Part shown: positions 6,757 to 14,348 of the stretch, in pieces
Layout: every line of letters begins with the position of its first letter
How positions within the stretch are numbered: the stretch's first letter is position 1
DNA from: Halobacteriales archaeon
Lineage (GTDB): Archaea > Halobacteriota > Halobacteria > Halobacteriales > Hikarchaeaceae
DNA: 35,672 bases
Assembly: GCA_042219705.1 (NCBI GenBank)
Contig: JBDGPL010000130.1
Location: 1-35,672, forward strand
Reading direction: 5' to 3'
Translations under genes and position numbers: made by a program
The notes under the pieces: model-generated
What the model saw: the letters and a program-made list of their open reading frames with translations, nothing else
The model's database searches: none
Told to the model about the DNA's origin: nothing

Positions 6757-8691
6757 ATGACGGACGAGACGTCGGTGCGGTTCCAGCCTTCCGAGCGGGC
6801 GGTCTCGGCCGCCCCCGGGACGACCCTGCTCGAGGCCGCCCGGGACGCCGGCCTCCGCATCGAGAGCCTCTGTGGTGGCGAGGGGCTCTGTGGAACCTGC
6901 AAGGTCGTGGTCGAGGCAGGGGCCGACTACCTGACGCCGCCGAGCCCGGCCGACGAGGAGCTGTTCGCCGAGGACCAGCTCGCCGAGGGCTACCGGCTGT
7001 CGTGCCGGGCGGCCGTCGACCGGCCCGACGGCGAGATCGCGATCACGATCCCGAGCTCGTCGATGGAGACGGGCGGCGTGGTGCTCACCGAGGGGGTCGA
7101 GCGCGACGTCGAGCTCGACCCCGCCATCAGGCACTACCGGCTCGAGCTCCCGCCGCCGTCCCTCGACGACCACCTCGCGGACCGCGAGCGGCTCCTGGCG
7201 GGCCTCACCGACGCCTACGGCCTCGACGTCACGCGGGTGGACCGGCTGGTCCAGCAGGAGCTGCCGAACCGGCTCAGGGAGCACGCGTCTCCCGACGGGC
7301 TGGCCGTGACGGCCACGGTCTACGACGGCGAGGAGGTCATCGACGTCTCGCCGGGGCTCGACGAGGCGGTCTACGGCCTGGCCATCGACGTCGGCACGAC
7401 GACGGTCGCCGTCTACCTGCTCGACCTCCGGAGCGGCGAGCGGCTCGCGGTCAGCTCGCGGCTGAACCCGCAGCACCGCTTCGGCGGCGACATCATGACC
7501 CGGATGCGGTACACCCGCCGCAACGCGGGCGGCCGCGAGGAGCTCCAGGCGGCCATCCTCGACGGGGTGAACGGGGCCATCGAGGAGGTCACCCGCGAGG
7601 CCGGCGTCGACCCCGACGACGTCTACGAGGCCGTCTGCGTCGGCAACACCGCGATGCACCACCTGTTCCTCGGCATCGAGCCCTCCTCCGTCGCCGGCTC
7701 GCCGTACGTACCGGCCAACCACGCCGCGCTGCAGGTCAAGGCCCGCGAGCTGGGCCTCGAGGTGAACCCCGCGGGATACGTCTCCTGGCTCCCCGTCAGC
7801 GGCGGCTGGGTCGGTCCGGACCACGTGGCGGTGCTGCTCGCCTCGGGCCATTACCGGCGCGATGAGCTCACGGTCTGCATCGACATCGGCACGAACGGCG
7901 AGATCTCCGTCGGCAACCGCGACGGGGTGTGGGTGACCTCCGCGCCGGCGGGGCCGGCCCTCGAGGGCGCCGAGATCACCCACGGCATGCGCGCGCAGGA
8001 CGGCGCCATCGACGCCGTCGACATCGATCCACAGACGTTCCAGCCGACCGTCGAGACCATCGGGGGTGGCCCGCCCAAGGGGCTCTGTGGCTCCGGCGTC
8101 ATCGACGCGCTCGCCGAACTGTTCGAAGTCGGCCTCGTGGACCGGCGGGGGCTGTTCCGGGAGGCCGTCCGACCCCACGAGCGGCTCCGCCGGGGCGAGG
8201 ACGACGTCTGGGAGTACGTTCTCGTGACCGCCGACGCGGCCGAGGACGATCAGGACATCGTCCTCACCCAGCACGATCTCCGGGAAATCCAGATGGCGAA
8301 GGCCGCCATCCAGGCGGGGACGCTCGTGCTGCTCGACGAGCTCGGCGTCGACGAGGTCGACCGGGTCGTCCTGGCCGGCGCGTTCGGGAACTACATCGAC
8401 CTCGAGTCCGCGTTGACCATCGGCCTCTATCCGGACGTCGACCCGACGTCGGTGGAGTTCCTCGGGAACGCGGCCGGGAGCGGCGCCCAGCTCGCGCTGT
8501 TGGACCGGGCGAAACGGGCGGAGGCCGACGCCATCGTCGACCAGGTCGACTACTACGAGATCGCCGGCACCGACGTGTTCCGGGACCACTTCATGGACGC
8601 GATGTACCTGCCCCACCGGAATTTCGAGCGCTATCCGCGGGTGAAGGCCCGCCTCGAGGCGCTCCGGCGCTTCGACGACGTGCCCACGTGA
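6757..8691 (+). CDS. Reductive activator of corrinoid enzymes (RACo/RamA-like): N-terminal plant-type [2Fe-2S] ferredoxin domain plus ASKHA ATPase domain
   Basis: Start at the ATG at 6757 (MTDETSVRFQPSERAVSAAPGTTLLEAARDAGLRIESLCGGEGLCGTCKV..YRLSCRA), giving a C-x4-C-x2-C...C 2Fe-2S motif. Downstream are ASKHA phosphate motifs (GLAIDVGTTTVAVYL, CIDIGTNGEISVG) and GLCGSGVIDA. The 147 upstream codons of ORF 6316..8691 overlap the metE-like gene and are artefact. Confidence 0.85.
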   Translation: MTDETSVRFQPSERAVSAAPGTTLLEAARDAGLRIESLCGGEGLCGTCKVVVEAGADYLTPPSPADEELFAEDQLAEGYRLSCRAAVDRPDGEIAITIPSSSMETGGVVLTEGVERDVELDPAIRHYRLELPPPSLDDHLADRERLLAGLTDAYGLDVTRVDRLVQQELPNRLREHASPDGLAVTATVYDGEEVIDVSPGLDEAVYGLAIDVGTTTVAVYLLDLRSGERLAVSSRLNPQHRFGGDIMTRMRYTRRNAGGREELQAAILDGVNGAIEEVTREAGVDPDDVYEAVCVGNTAMHHLFLGIEPSSVAGSPYVPANHAALQVKARELGLEVNPAGYVSWLPVSGGWVGPDHVAVLLASGHYRRDELTVCIDIGTNGEISVGNRDGVWVTSAPAGPALEGAEITHGMRAQDGAIDAVDIDPQTFQPTVETIGGGPPKGLCGSGVIDALAELFEVGLVDRRGLFREAVRPHERLRRGEDDVWEYVLVTADAAEDDQDIVLTQHDLREIQMAKAAIQAGTLVLLDELGVDEVDRVVLAGAFGNYIDLESALTIGLYPDVDPTSVEFLGNAAGSGAQLALLDRAKRAEADAIVDQVDYYEIAGTDVFRDHFMDAMYLPHRNFERYPRVKARLEALRRFDDVPT

Positions 8692-8860
8692 GTCGAACGC
8701 CGCCCGCGGGCCCGGCGCCGAACCAGACCGCGTCGGCGAGCGCGACGACCGTGGGCGCCGTGACCCCCGGCGCCTGTGGCTCGGGGACCTCCCGAAGCGC
8801 CGAAACGGTCCGCGGCCTCCGGCCGACCCAACGCGTCGAGTCGGGGAACGGGTCCCGTCC

Positions 8861-9775
8861 TCACCCCTTCCGGAAGATGCGGTACAGCGGGTGGTCCGAT
8901 GGCGGCCGCCGGTTCTCCCCCATCTGGGCCGCGTACCCGACGTAGGCGTCGGCCAGCGACGTGACTTCGTACATCCGGTCCGCGTCGTGGAGCGGACCGT
9001 AGAGGTTGAAGTCGGCGCCGGCGAAGGTGACGACGGCGTTCGCGACGGCCTGGCGGAGGAGCCGCGAGTCCTCGCTCAGCGGGTCGGTCAGCTCCCACCG
9101 AATGACCTCGTTGTGCGGCGAACAGCCCGCGGGCAAGCCGTAGCGGTCCTTGATCTCGTAGATGGCCTTCGCGACGAACCCGGAGTCGGGGATGTCGATG
9201 ACGGCCGGATCGACGATGACCTTCTCGACGCCGGCCGCCTCGGCCATCTCGAGGTTCTTCTCGAGGGCGTCGAACCGGCCCTGAAGGGTGAGGTTGCCGG
9301 TGTCGATGCTGAGCAGGACCGCCGCCTCGATTCCCGCGTCGGCCATCGCGTCGATCTCCATCTGGGCTTGCTTCGTACTCGACTCGATGGAGTTGTAGAT
9401 GACCCGGTCCTGCAGGCCGATTTCGCCGACGTGTCGGGCGGCCTCGGCCCGGATGGTGGGCGTCGGGCCGTCCATGAACAGCGGGAGGTCGCAGACCTCG
9501 GCCACGAAGTCGACGTGCTTGATGAGCGCCTCCGGGCTGTCGCCGATGACGTCCAGGACCGCCGGGTTGCCCGTCCGTTCGGAGACGGCCTCGACCTGGC
9601 GGATGGCCTCCTCCGCGGCTGCCTCGTCGAACTCGCCGGTCTGCGGGTCCTCGAGCACCCGGTCGCCCTTGTAGAAGAGGCTCCCGACCATGACGGTCGG
9701 GTGCTCGCCGGGCTGGCCGCCGAATTTGACGCCCGCCACCTCGTGGACCTCCTGCTCCGCCTCGAACGTGAACAC
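8861..9775 (-). CDS. mtrH: MtrH-family methyltransferase (tetrahydromethanopterin S-methyltransferase subunit H homologue; probable methylcorrinoid:pterin methyltransferase)
   Basis: FTFEAEQEVHEVAGVKFGGQPGEHPTVMVGSLFY..LFMDGPTP..VIYNSI..IVDPAVIDIP is the characteristic MtrH N-terminal and core pattern. The preferred start is the GTG at complement 9773-9775, which gives the family-typical MFTFE... N-terminus and sits 27 nt from a TATA-like CTTATA. The longest ORF extends to 9844. Confidence 0.8.
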   Translation of the reverse strand: MFTFEAEQEVHEVAGVKFGGQPGEHPTVMVGSLFYKGDRVLEDPQTGEFDEAAAEEAIRQVEAVSERTGNPAVLDVIGDSPEALIKHVDFVAEVCDLPLFMDGPTPTIRAEAARHVGEIGLQDRVIYNSIESSTKQAQMEIDAMADAGIEAAVLLSIDTGNLTLQGRFDALEKNLEMAEAAGVEKVIVDPAVIDIPDSGFVAKAIYEIKDRYGLPAGCSPHNEVIRWELTDPLSEDSRLLRQAVANAVVTFAGADFNLYGPLHDADRMYEVTSLADAYVGYAAQMGENRRPPSDHPLYRIFRKG

Positions 9776-9801
9776 GGCCGCCAATACGCCCGAGTTCGAG
9801 G

Positions 9802-9807
9802 TATAAG
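9802..9807 (-). promoter_or_regulatory. Candidate TATA box (CTTATA on the minus strand) for the mtrH-like gene
   Basis: TATAAG on the plus strand lies 27 nt upstream of the proposed GTG start at 9775, which fits a leaderless transcript. Confidence 0.45.
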
Positions 9808-9968
9808 TTTCCGTTCGCCGGTCCCGTCCTCGGGTCGGCGTCACGACGGCGGTGACCAGCTCGGCATCCGTCGAAACCGGCCGACCCGGCCGCCGACATC
9901 GTCCCTCACGGCGGGCAGCAATACTTATCCGGTTGACACGGCAACCAATACGGTGGTGAACGCTCCAA

Positions 9969-10700
9969 ATGGCTGACGACGAGCAGGACGATTATCTCGA
10001 CCAGGCCGAGGACCGGGCCGCCGACGTGGACGACCCGCTCCTGCTCGACATCCAGCAGGCCATCGTTGACCTGGACGAGGACCGCACCGAGGAGCTGACA
10101 CTGCGGGCCATCGACGAGGGGTACAATCCGGTCGACATTCTCGAGGACGGGCTGACCAAAGGCGTGAAGACCGTTGGCGACCGGTTCGGCCGGGGAGAGG
10201 TCTTCCTCCCCGAGCTGGCCATGGCCGCCGACTGCATGCAGGCCGGCGTCCAGCACGTCGACCCGTTGCTGGCGGAGATGGACCTCGGCGACGAGAAGTC
10301 CGGCGTGATGGTCATCGGCACCGTCGACGAGGACATCCACAACATCGGGAAGAACATCCTCGTCACGATGTTGAAGGCCAATGGCTTCGACGTCGTCGAC
10401 CTCGGGGTCGAGGTCCCCAACGAGGCGTTCGTCGAGGCGGTCGAGGAGCACGAGCCCGACATCCTCGGCATGTCGGCGCTGATGACGATGACGATGGACC
10501 ACCAGGAGGAGGTCATCGAGCTCCTCGAGGAGCACGGCCTCCGCGAGCAGGTCAAGGTCATGGTCGGCGGCGCGCCGACGTCGCCGGAGTGGCGCGACGA
10601 GATCGGCGCGGACGGCTACGGCGACAACGCCAGCTCCGCGGTCACCGAGGCGACGCGCCTGCTCGAGGAGCACCGGGCCGAACGACGGCAGCGCACCTGA
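9969..10700 (+). CDS. Methyltransferase cognate corrinoid protein (B12-binding cap domain plus Rossmann B12-binding domain; MtbC/MttC/MtgC-like)
   Basis: 243 aa. The helical cap (AIDEGYNPVDILEDGLTKGVKTVGDRFGRGEVFLPELAMAADCMQAG) is followed by VMVIGTVDEDIHNIGKNILVTMLKANGFDVVDLG, which carries the DxHxxG His-on cobalamin-ligand motif, then ILGMSALMT and VKVMVGGAP. There is an unusually acidic N-terminal extension. Confidence 0.9.
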   Translation: MADDEQDDYLDQAEDRAADVDDPLLLDIQQAIVDLDEDRTEELTLRAIDEGYNPVDILEDGLTKGVKTVGDRFGRGEVFLPELAMAADCMQAGVQHVDPLLAEMDLGDEKSGVMVIGTVDEDIHNIGKNILVTMLKANGFDVVDLGVEVPNEAFVEAVEEHEPDILGMSALMTMTMDHQEEVIELLEEHGLREQVKVMVGGAPTSPEWRDEIGADGYGDNASSAVTEATRLLEEHRAERRQRT

Positions 10701-10794
10701 ACGGGCGTCTCCACACCGGCGGGTCGCACCGTCGCGTCAGCGTCACCTGGCCGCTCCCGGTACGCTTACCTGCCGGTCCCGCCTCGGTGCCGGC

Positions 10795-11844
10795 GTGCGG
10801 GTCCTGAACTACCTCGAGCTGGAGGGCCTCGTCCGCGGCGGAATCGTCACGGCGACCCGCCAGCAGCGGCGGGCCCTCGCGGACACCGGCGTCGAGGTGG
10901 TCACCTCGCCCTGGCGGGCCGGCGACCCGGTCCGGTCGCTCGGCCGCGCCCTCGGCGGCCGGGTCTTCGCCGACTACGACGTCGCCCACGTGAACCTCGT
11001 CGGCCCGGGGAGCGTCGCCGTCGCCCGCCACGCCCGGCGACACGACGTCCCGCTCGTTCTCCACGCCCACGTCACGGCCGAGGACTTCGCCGAGTCGTTC
11101 CGTTTTTCGACCCGGCTCGCCCCGGCGCTCAGGCCGTACCTGCGGTGGTTCTACTCCCGGGCGGACCGCGTCCTCTGTCCCAGCGAGTACACCAAGCGGA
11201 CCGTGGAGGCCTACCCCGTCGACGCCCCCGTCGAGGTCGTCTCGAACGGCGTCGACCTCGCGTCGCTTGAGGGCTTTTCGGCCCTCCGTGAGCCCTACCG
11301 GGCGCGGTACGACCTCGACGGCCTCGTGGCCTTCGCGGTCGGCGAGGTGTTCGAGCGGAAGGGCCTCTCGACGTTCTGTGAGCTGGCCCGACGGACCGAC
11401 CTCGAGTTCGCGTGGTTCGGCCCCTACGACACCGGGCCGCTCGCCTCGCCCACCGTCCGCCGCTGGGTCCGGAACCCGCCGCCGAACGTCACCTTCACCG
11501 GCCACGTCCCGGACAAGCGGGGCATGTTCGCCGCCGGCGACGTCTTCTGCTTTCCGGCGAAGGTCGAGAACCAGGGCATCGCGGTGCTCGAGGCGATGGC
11601 CTGCGGCAAGCCGGCCGTCCTCAGCGACATCCCGGTCTTCCGGGAGTACTACGAGGACGGCGTCGATTGCCTGCTCTGCGACGGCGTCGAGGCGTTCCGG
11701 GACGCCCTCGACCGGCTCGCCGACGACCCGGGCCTGCGCGAGGAGCTGGGGGCCAACGCCCGGGAGACCGCCGAGGCCCACGGCCTCGACCGCGTGGGCG
11801 AACGGCTGGTCGACGTCTACGAGGGGCTCGACCGCCGCCGGTGA
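10795..11844 (+). CDS. Glycosyltransferase family 4 (GT-B, group 1)
   Basis: 349 aa with a GTG start. It has an N-terminal GGI..A motif (LVRGGIVTATRQQRRAL) and a C-terminal E-x7-E region (FCFPAKVENQGIAVLEAMACGKPAV). Confidence 0.85.
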   Translation: MRVLNYLELEGLVRGGIVTATRQQRRALADTGVEVVTSPWRAGDPVRSLGRALGGRVFADYDVAHVNLVGPGSVAVARHARRHDVPLVLHAHVTAEDFAESFRFSTRLAPALRPYLRWFYSRADRVLCPSEYTKRTVEAYPVDAPVEVVSNGVDLASLEGFSALREPYRARYDLDGLVAFAVGEVFERKGLSTFCELARRTDLEFAWFGPYDTGPLASPTVRRWVRNPPPNVTFTGHVPDKRGMFAAGDVFCFPAKVENQGIAVLEAMACGKPAVLSDIPVFREYYEDGVDCLLCDGVEAFRDALDRLADDPGLREELGANARETAEAHGLDRVGERLVDVYEGLDRRR

Positions 11845-11906
11845 GTCGGCCGGGCCTCGCCCGCGGTTCGGAACCACTATTCCGGCCGTGGCCGTTGCCG
11901 GCGGCG

Positions 11907-12716
11907 ATGGACGTCGGGCGGTATCTCGACCGCATCGGGGCCGAGTGGCCGGCCGCGGCGTCGCCGACGCTCGACCGCCTCGCGACCCTGCAGCGTCGCC
12001 ACGTGCTGTCGGTGCCCTTCGAGAACCTGGACATCGTCGCCGGCCGGCCCATCCCGCTCGATCGAGCGGCCTATTACGGGAAGGTCATCGAGCGGGGCCG
12101 CGGCGGGTTCTGCTATGAGCTCAACGGGCTCTTCGCGTGGCTGCTCGACGCGCTGGGGTTCGACGTCCGGCTCGTCGAGGGCCGGGTGCTCGAGGACCAC
12201 GGCTTCACCCCGCGGTTCGCCCACGCGGCGGTCCTCGTCGACCTGGGAGCCGACGGGCCGCCGTCGTCACGGTCGGGGTGGCACCTCGCCGACGTCGGGT
12301 TCGGCCGGTTCGCTCGCCGGCCCCTGCCGCTGACCGGCGAGCCCCGGCGCGACGTCGAGGGGACCTACCGGGTCCGGCCCCTCGACGACGCCGGGTTCGA
12401 GGCGCAGCGCCGGTCGGACGACGGCTGGACGGCGGCCTACCAGTTCACGCCCGACGCCCGGGTCCTCGGGGATTTCGAGGACGGCCTCGCGTGGAACGTG
12501 ACCTCGCCGGACTCCGCGTTCACCGGTCGGGTGCTCTGTACGCAGGCGACCGAATCGGGTCGGGTCACCCTCTCGACCCGCGGCCTGACGATCACCGAGG
12601 ACGGCGAGAGGGCCACCCGCGAGGTGGCTCCCGACGAACGGGCCGCGGTGCTCGAGGCGGCGTTCGGCCTCGACGTCGAGGGCCCGCTGTGGCTGCCCGA
12701 CGAGCGGCCGGCGTAG
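11907..12716 (+). CDS. Arylamine N-acetyltransferase (NAT) family protein
   Basis: Internal ATG at 11907: MDVGRYLDRIG..LATLQRRHVLSVPFENLDI..RGRGGFCYELNGLF..FAHAAVLV..WHLADVGFG. The Cys-His-Asp triad context (GGFCYELN, H..LV, ADVGFG) is typical of NATs. The upstream 165 codons of ORF 11412..12716 overlap the GT4 gene in another frame. Confidence 0.8.
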   Translation: MDVGRYLDRIGAEWPAAASPTLDRLATLQRRHVLSVPFENLDIVAGRPIPLDRAAYYGKVIERGRGGFCYELNGLFAWLLDALGFDVRLVEGRVLEDHGFTPRFAHAAVLVDLGADGPPSSRSGWHLADVGFGRFARRPLPLTGEPRRDVEGTYRVRPLDDAGFEAQRRSDDGWTAAYQFTPDARVLGDFEDGLAWNVTSPDSAFTGRVLCTQATESGRVTLSTRGLTITEDGERATREVAPDERAAVLEAAFGLDVEGPLWLPDERPA

Positions 12717-12771
12717 GCCCGCCACGGTCGACCCGCAAGCCCTTAAGCCGCGACCGGCGAACCGGCGGTCG

Positions 12772-13881
12772 ATGCAGGCCGTCGCGGCGTTCACCGACAC
12801 CTATCTGCCGACGGTCAACGGCGTCACCTACACCGTCACGACCTGGCGGGACCGGTGGCGGGCCCGGGGGGGCGAGATGGCGGTCGTCTACCCCCGGGCC
12901 GACGGCCACGCGCCCGCCGACGGCGAACACCCCGTGCGCAGCTTGCCGTTTCCCTTCTACGAGGGCTTCCGGCTCGGGCTGCCGCGGGTCCCCCGGAATC
13001 TCGACGGCGTGGACGTGGTCCACGTCCACACGCCGTTCTCGATGGGGGTCGCCGGGTGGCGGCTAGCCCGCCGCCGGGACGTCCCCCTCGTCGCCTCCTA
13101 CCACACGCCCACCAGCGAGTACGTCGGCTACCTGACCCGGCGGCCCGCCATCGAGCGGCGGCTCTCGGCGGTCAGCCGGGCGTGGGAGCGGCGGTTCTTC
13201 GACCGGGCGTCGGTGGTGACGGCCCCGAGCGAGGCCACCCGGGACCACCTCGTCGACGCCATCGGCGTCGCAACGCCGGTCGAGGTGGTGCCCAACGGGG
13301 TCGACACCGACCGGTTCCGGCCGGTGGACACCGACGGGTTCCGCGCGCGCCACGACCTCGACGGCGACCGGCCGCTGGTCGGCTACACCGGCCGCCACGG
13401 CCACGAGAAGCGCCTCGACGTGCTGGTCGACGCCGCGGCGGCGCTCGACGCGACAGTCGTGCTGGCCGGCGACGGGCCGGCCCGGCCGGAGCTCGAACGC
13501 CGGGCGGCCGCCCTGGACGCCGACGTGCGCTTCCTCGGCTTCCTCGATCGCGAGGCGCTCCCCGCGTTCTACACGGCCCTCGATGTGTTCGCGTTCCCCA
13601 GCCCCGTAGAGACCCAGGGCATCGTCGCGCTCGAGGCGATGGCCTGCGGCACCCCGGTCGTCGGCGCCGACCGCGGCGCCCTGGCCGAAACGGTCGAGGC
13701 GGGGGTCACCGGCTATCACTTCGCCGCCGGCGACCCCGACGACCTCGCGGCGAGCGTCGAGCGGGCGCTCGCGGACCGCGAACGGCTGGTCGAGGGCTGC
13801 CGGGCGCGCCGGGACCAGCTCGACGTGGCCGCCGCGGTCGACCGGCTCGCCGACCTCTACTCGTCGCTACGAACGGGGTAA
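12772..13881 (+). CDS. Glycosyltransferase family 4 (GT-B, group 1)
   Basis: 369 aa: FTDTYLPTVNGVTYTV (N-terminal GT4 motif), GYTGRHGHEKR, FAFPSPVETQGIVALEAMACGTPVV (E-x7-E). Confidence 0.85.
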   Translation: MQAVAAFTDTYLPTVNGVTYTVTTWRDRWRARGGEMAVVYPRADGHAPADGEHPVRSLPFPFYEGFRLGLPRVPRNLDGVDVVHVHTPFSMGVAGWRLARRRDVPLVASYHTPTSEYVGYLTRRPAIERRLSAVSRAWERRFFDRASVVTAPSEATRDHLVDAIGVATPVEVVPNGVDTDRFRPVDTDGFRARHDLDGDRPLVGYTGRHGHEKRLDVLVDAAAALDATVVLAGDGPARPELERRAAALDADVRFLGFLDREALPAFYTALDVFAFPSPVETQGIVALEAMACGTPVVGADRGALAETVEAGVTGYHFAAGDPDDLAASVERALADRERLVEGCRARRDQLDVAAAVDRLADLYSSLRTG

Positions 13882-13895
13882 GCCGGCTCGGCTGG

Positions 13896-14264
13896 TCAGT
13901 CGTCCTCGAGCGCGTCGGCGATGCGCTCGAGCTCCTCGCGGACGTCGCGGATCTCGTCGCGGACCCGTTCCATCTCCCGGGTGAACGTCTCGTCGTCGAG
14001 GCCGCCCCCGCCGCCGGGACCGCCGCCGCCCATGGCGCCGGGGCCGCCGCCCATCATGCCGCCCATCATCTGGGCGAAGGGGTTGCCGCCGCCCGGCCCG
14101 CCGCCGGGGCCGCCGCCGCCCATGCCGGGCGGCCCGCCGCCCATGGCCTCCCGGGGGTCCTCGCCCTCCTCGGCGCGCTGCTCGCGGAGTTCCTCGACGC
14201 GGTCCCGGAACGACTGCTCGTCCTCGGCGTCCTCGCCGCCGGATGCCTCCTCGTCGTCTGCCAT
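13896..14264 (-). CDS. Acidic protein with a central Gly/Met/Pro low-complexity domain flanked by charged helices, function unknown
   Basis: Start at the ATG (complement of 14262-14264): MADDEEASGGEDAEDEQSFRDRVEELREQRAEEGEDPREAMGGGPPGMGGGGPGGGPGGGNPFAQMMGGMMGGGPGAMGGGGPGGGGGLDDETFTREMERVRDEIRDVREELERIADALEDD. The flanks have haloarchaeal acidic composition, and the opposite-strand ORF is Pro/Arg junk. Confidence 0.6.
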   Translation of the reverse strand: MADDEEASGGEDAEDEQSFRDRVEELREQRAEEGEDPREAMGGGPPGMGGGGPGGGPGGGNPFAQMMGGMMGGGPGAMGGGGPGGGGGLDDETFTREMERVRDEIRDVREELERIADALEDD

Positions 14265-14348
14265 GGCCGGGCGTCGTTCCCGGCTCCGGAAAAGGGTTGG
14301 CATTCGGGGCGTCTCGGCCCGTCGGTCGGCCGGTTTCCGGCCCGGGAT

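Noticed and set aside
5574-6902. N-terminal extensions of several track ORFs: 5574..6902, 6316..8691, 3524..4444, 2763..3371, 11412..12716, 19139..19939, 20689..21429, 24067..24561 and 34192..35418.
   Set aside because: Homology-like sequence begins at internal start codons. The upstream parts are Arg/Pro-rich, overlap neighbouring genes or promoter elements, and would give atypically long proteins. The internal starts were used instead.
13985-14160. A GGN/CCN-rich repetitive DNA stretch, considered as a tandem repeat or CRISPR-like array.
   Set aside because: There is no regular repeat-spacer periodicity. It is the coding sequence of the Gly/Met/Pro low-complexity domain of the 13896..14264 gene.
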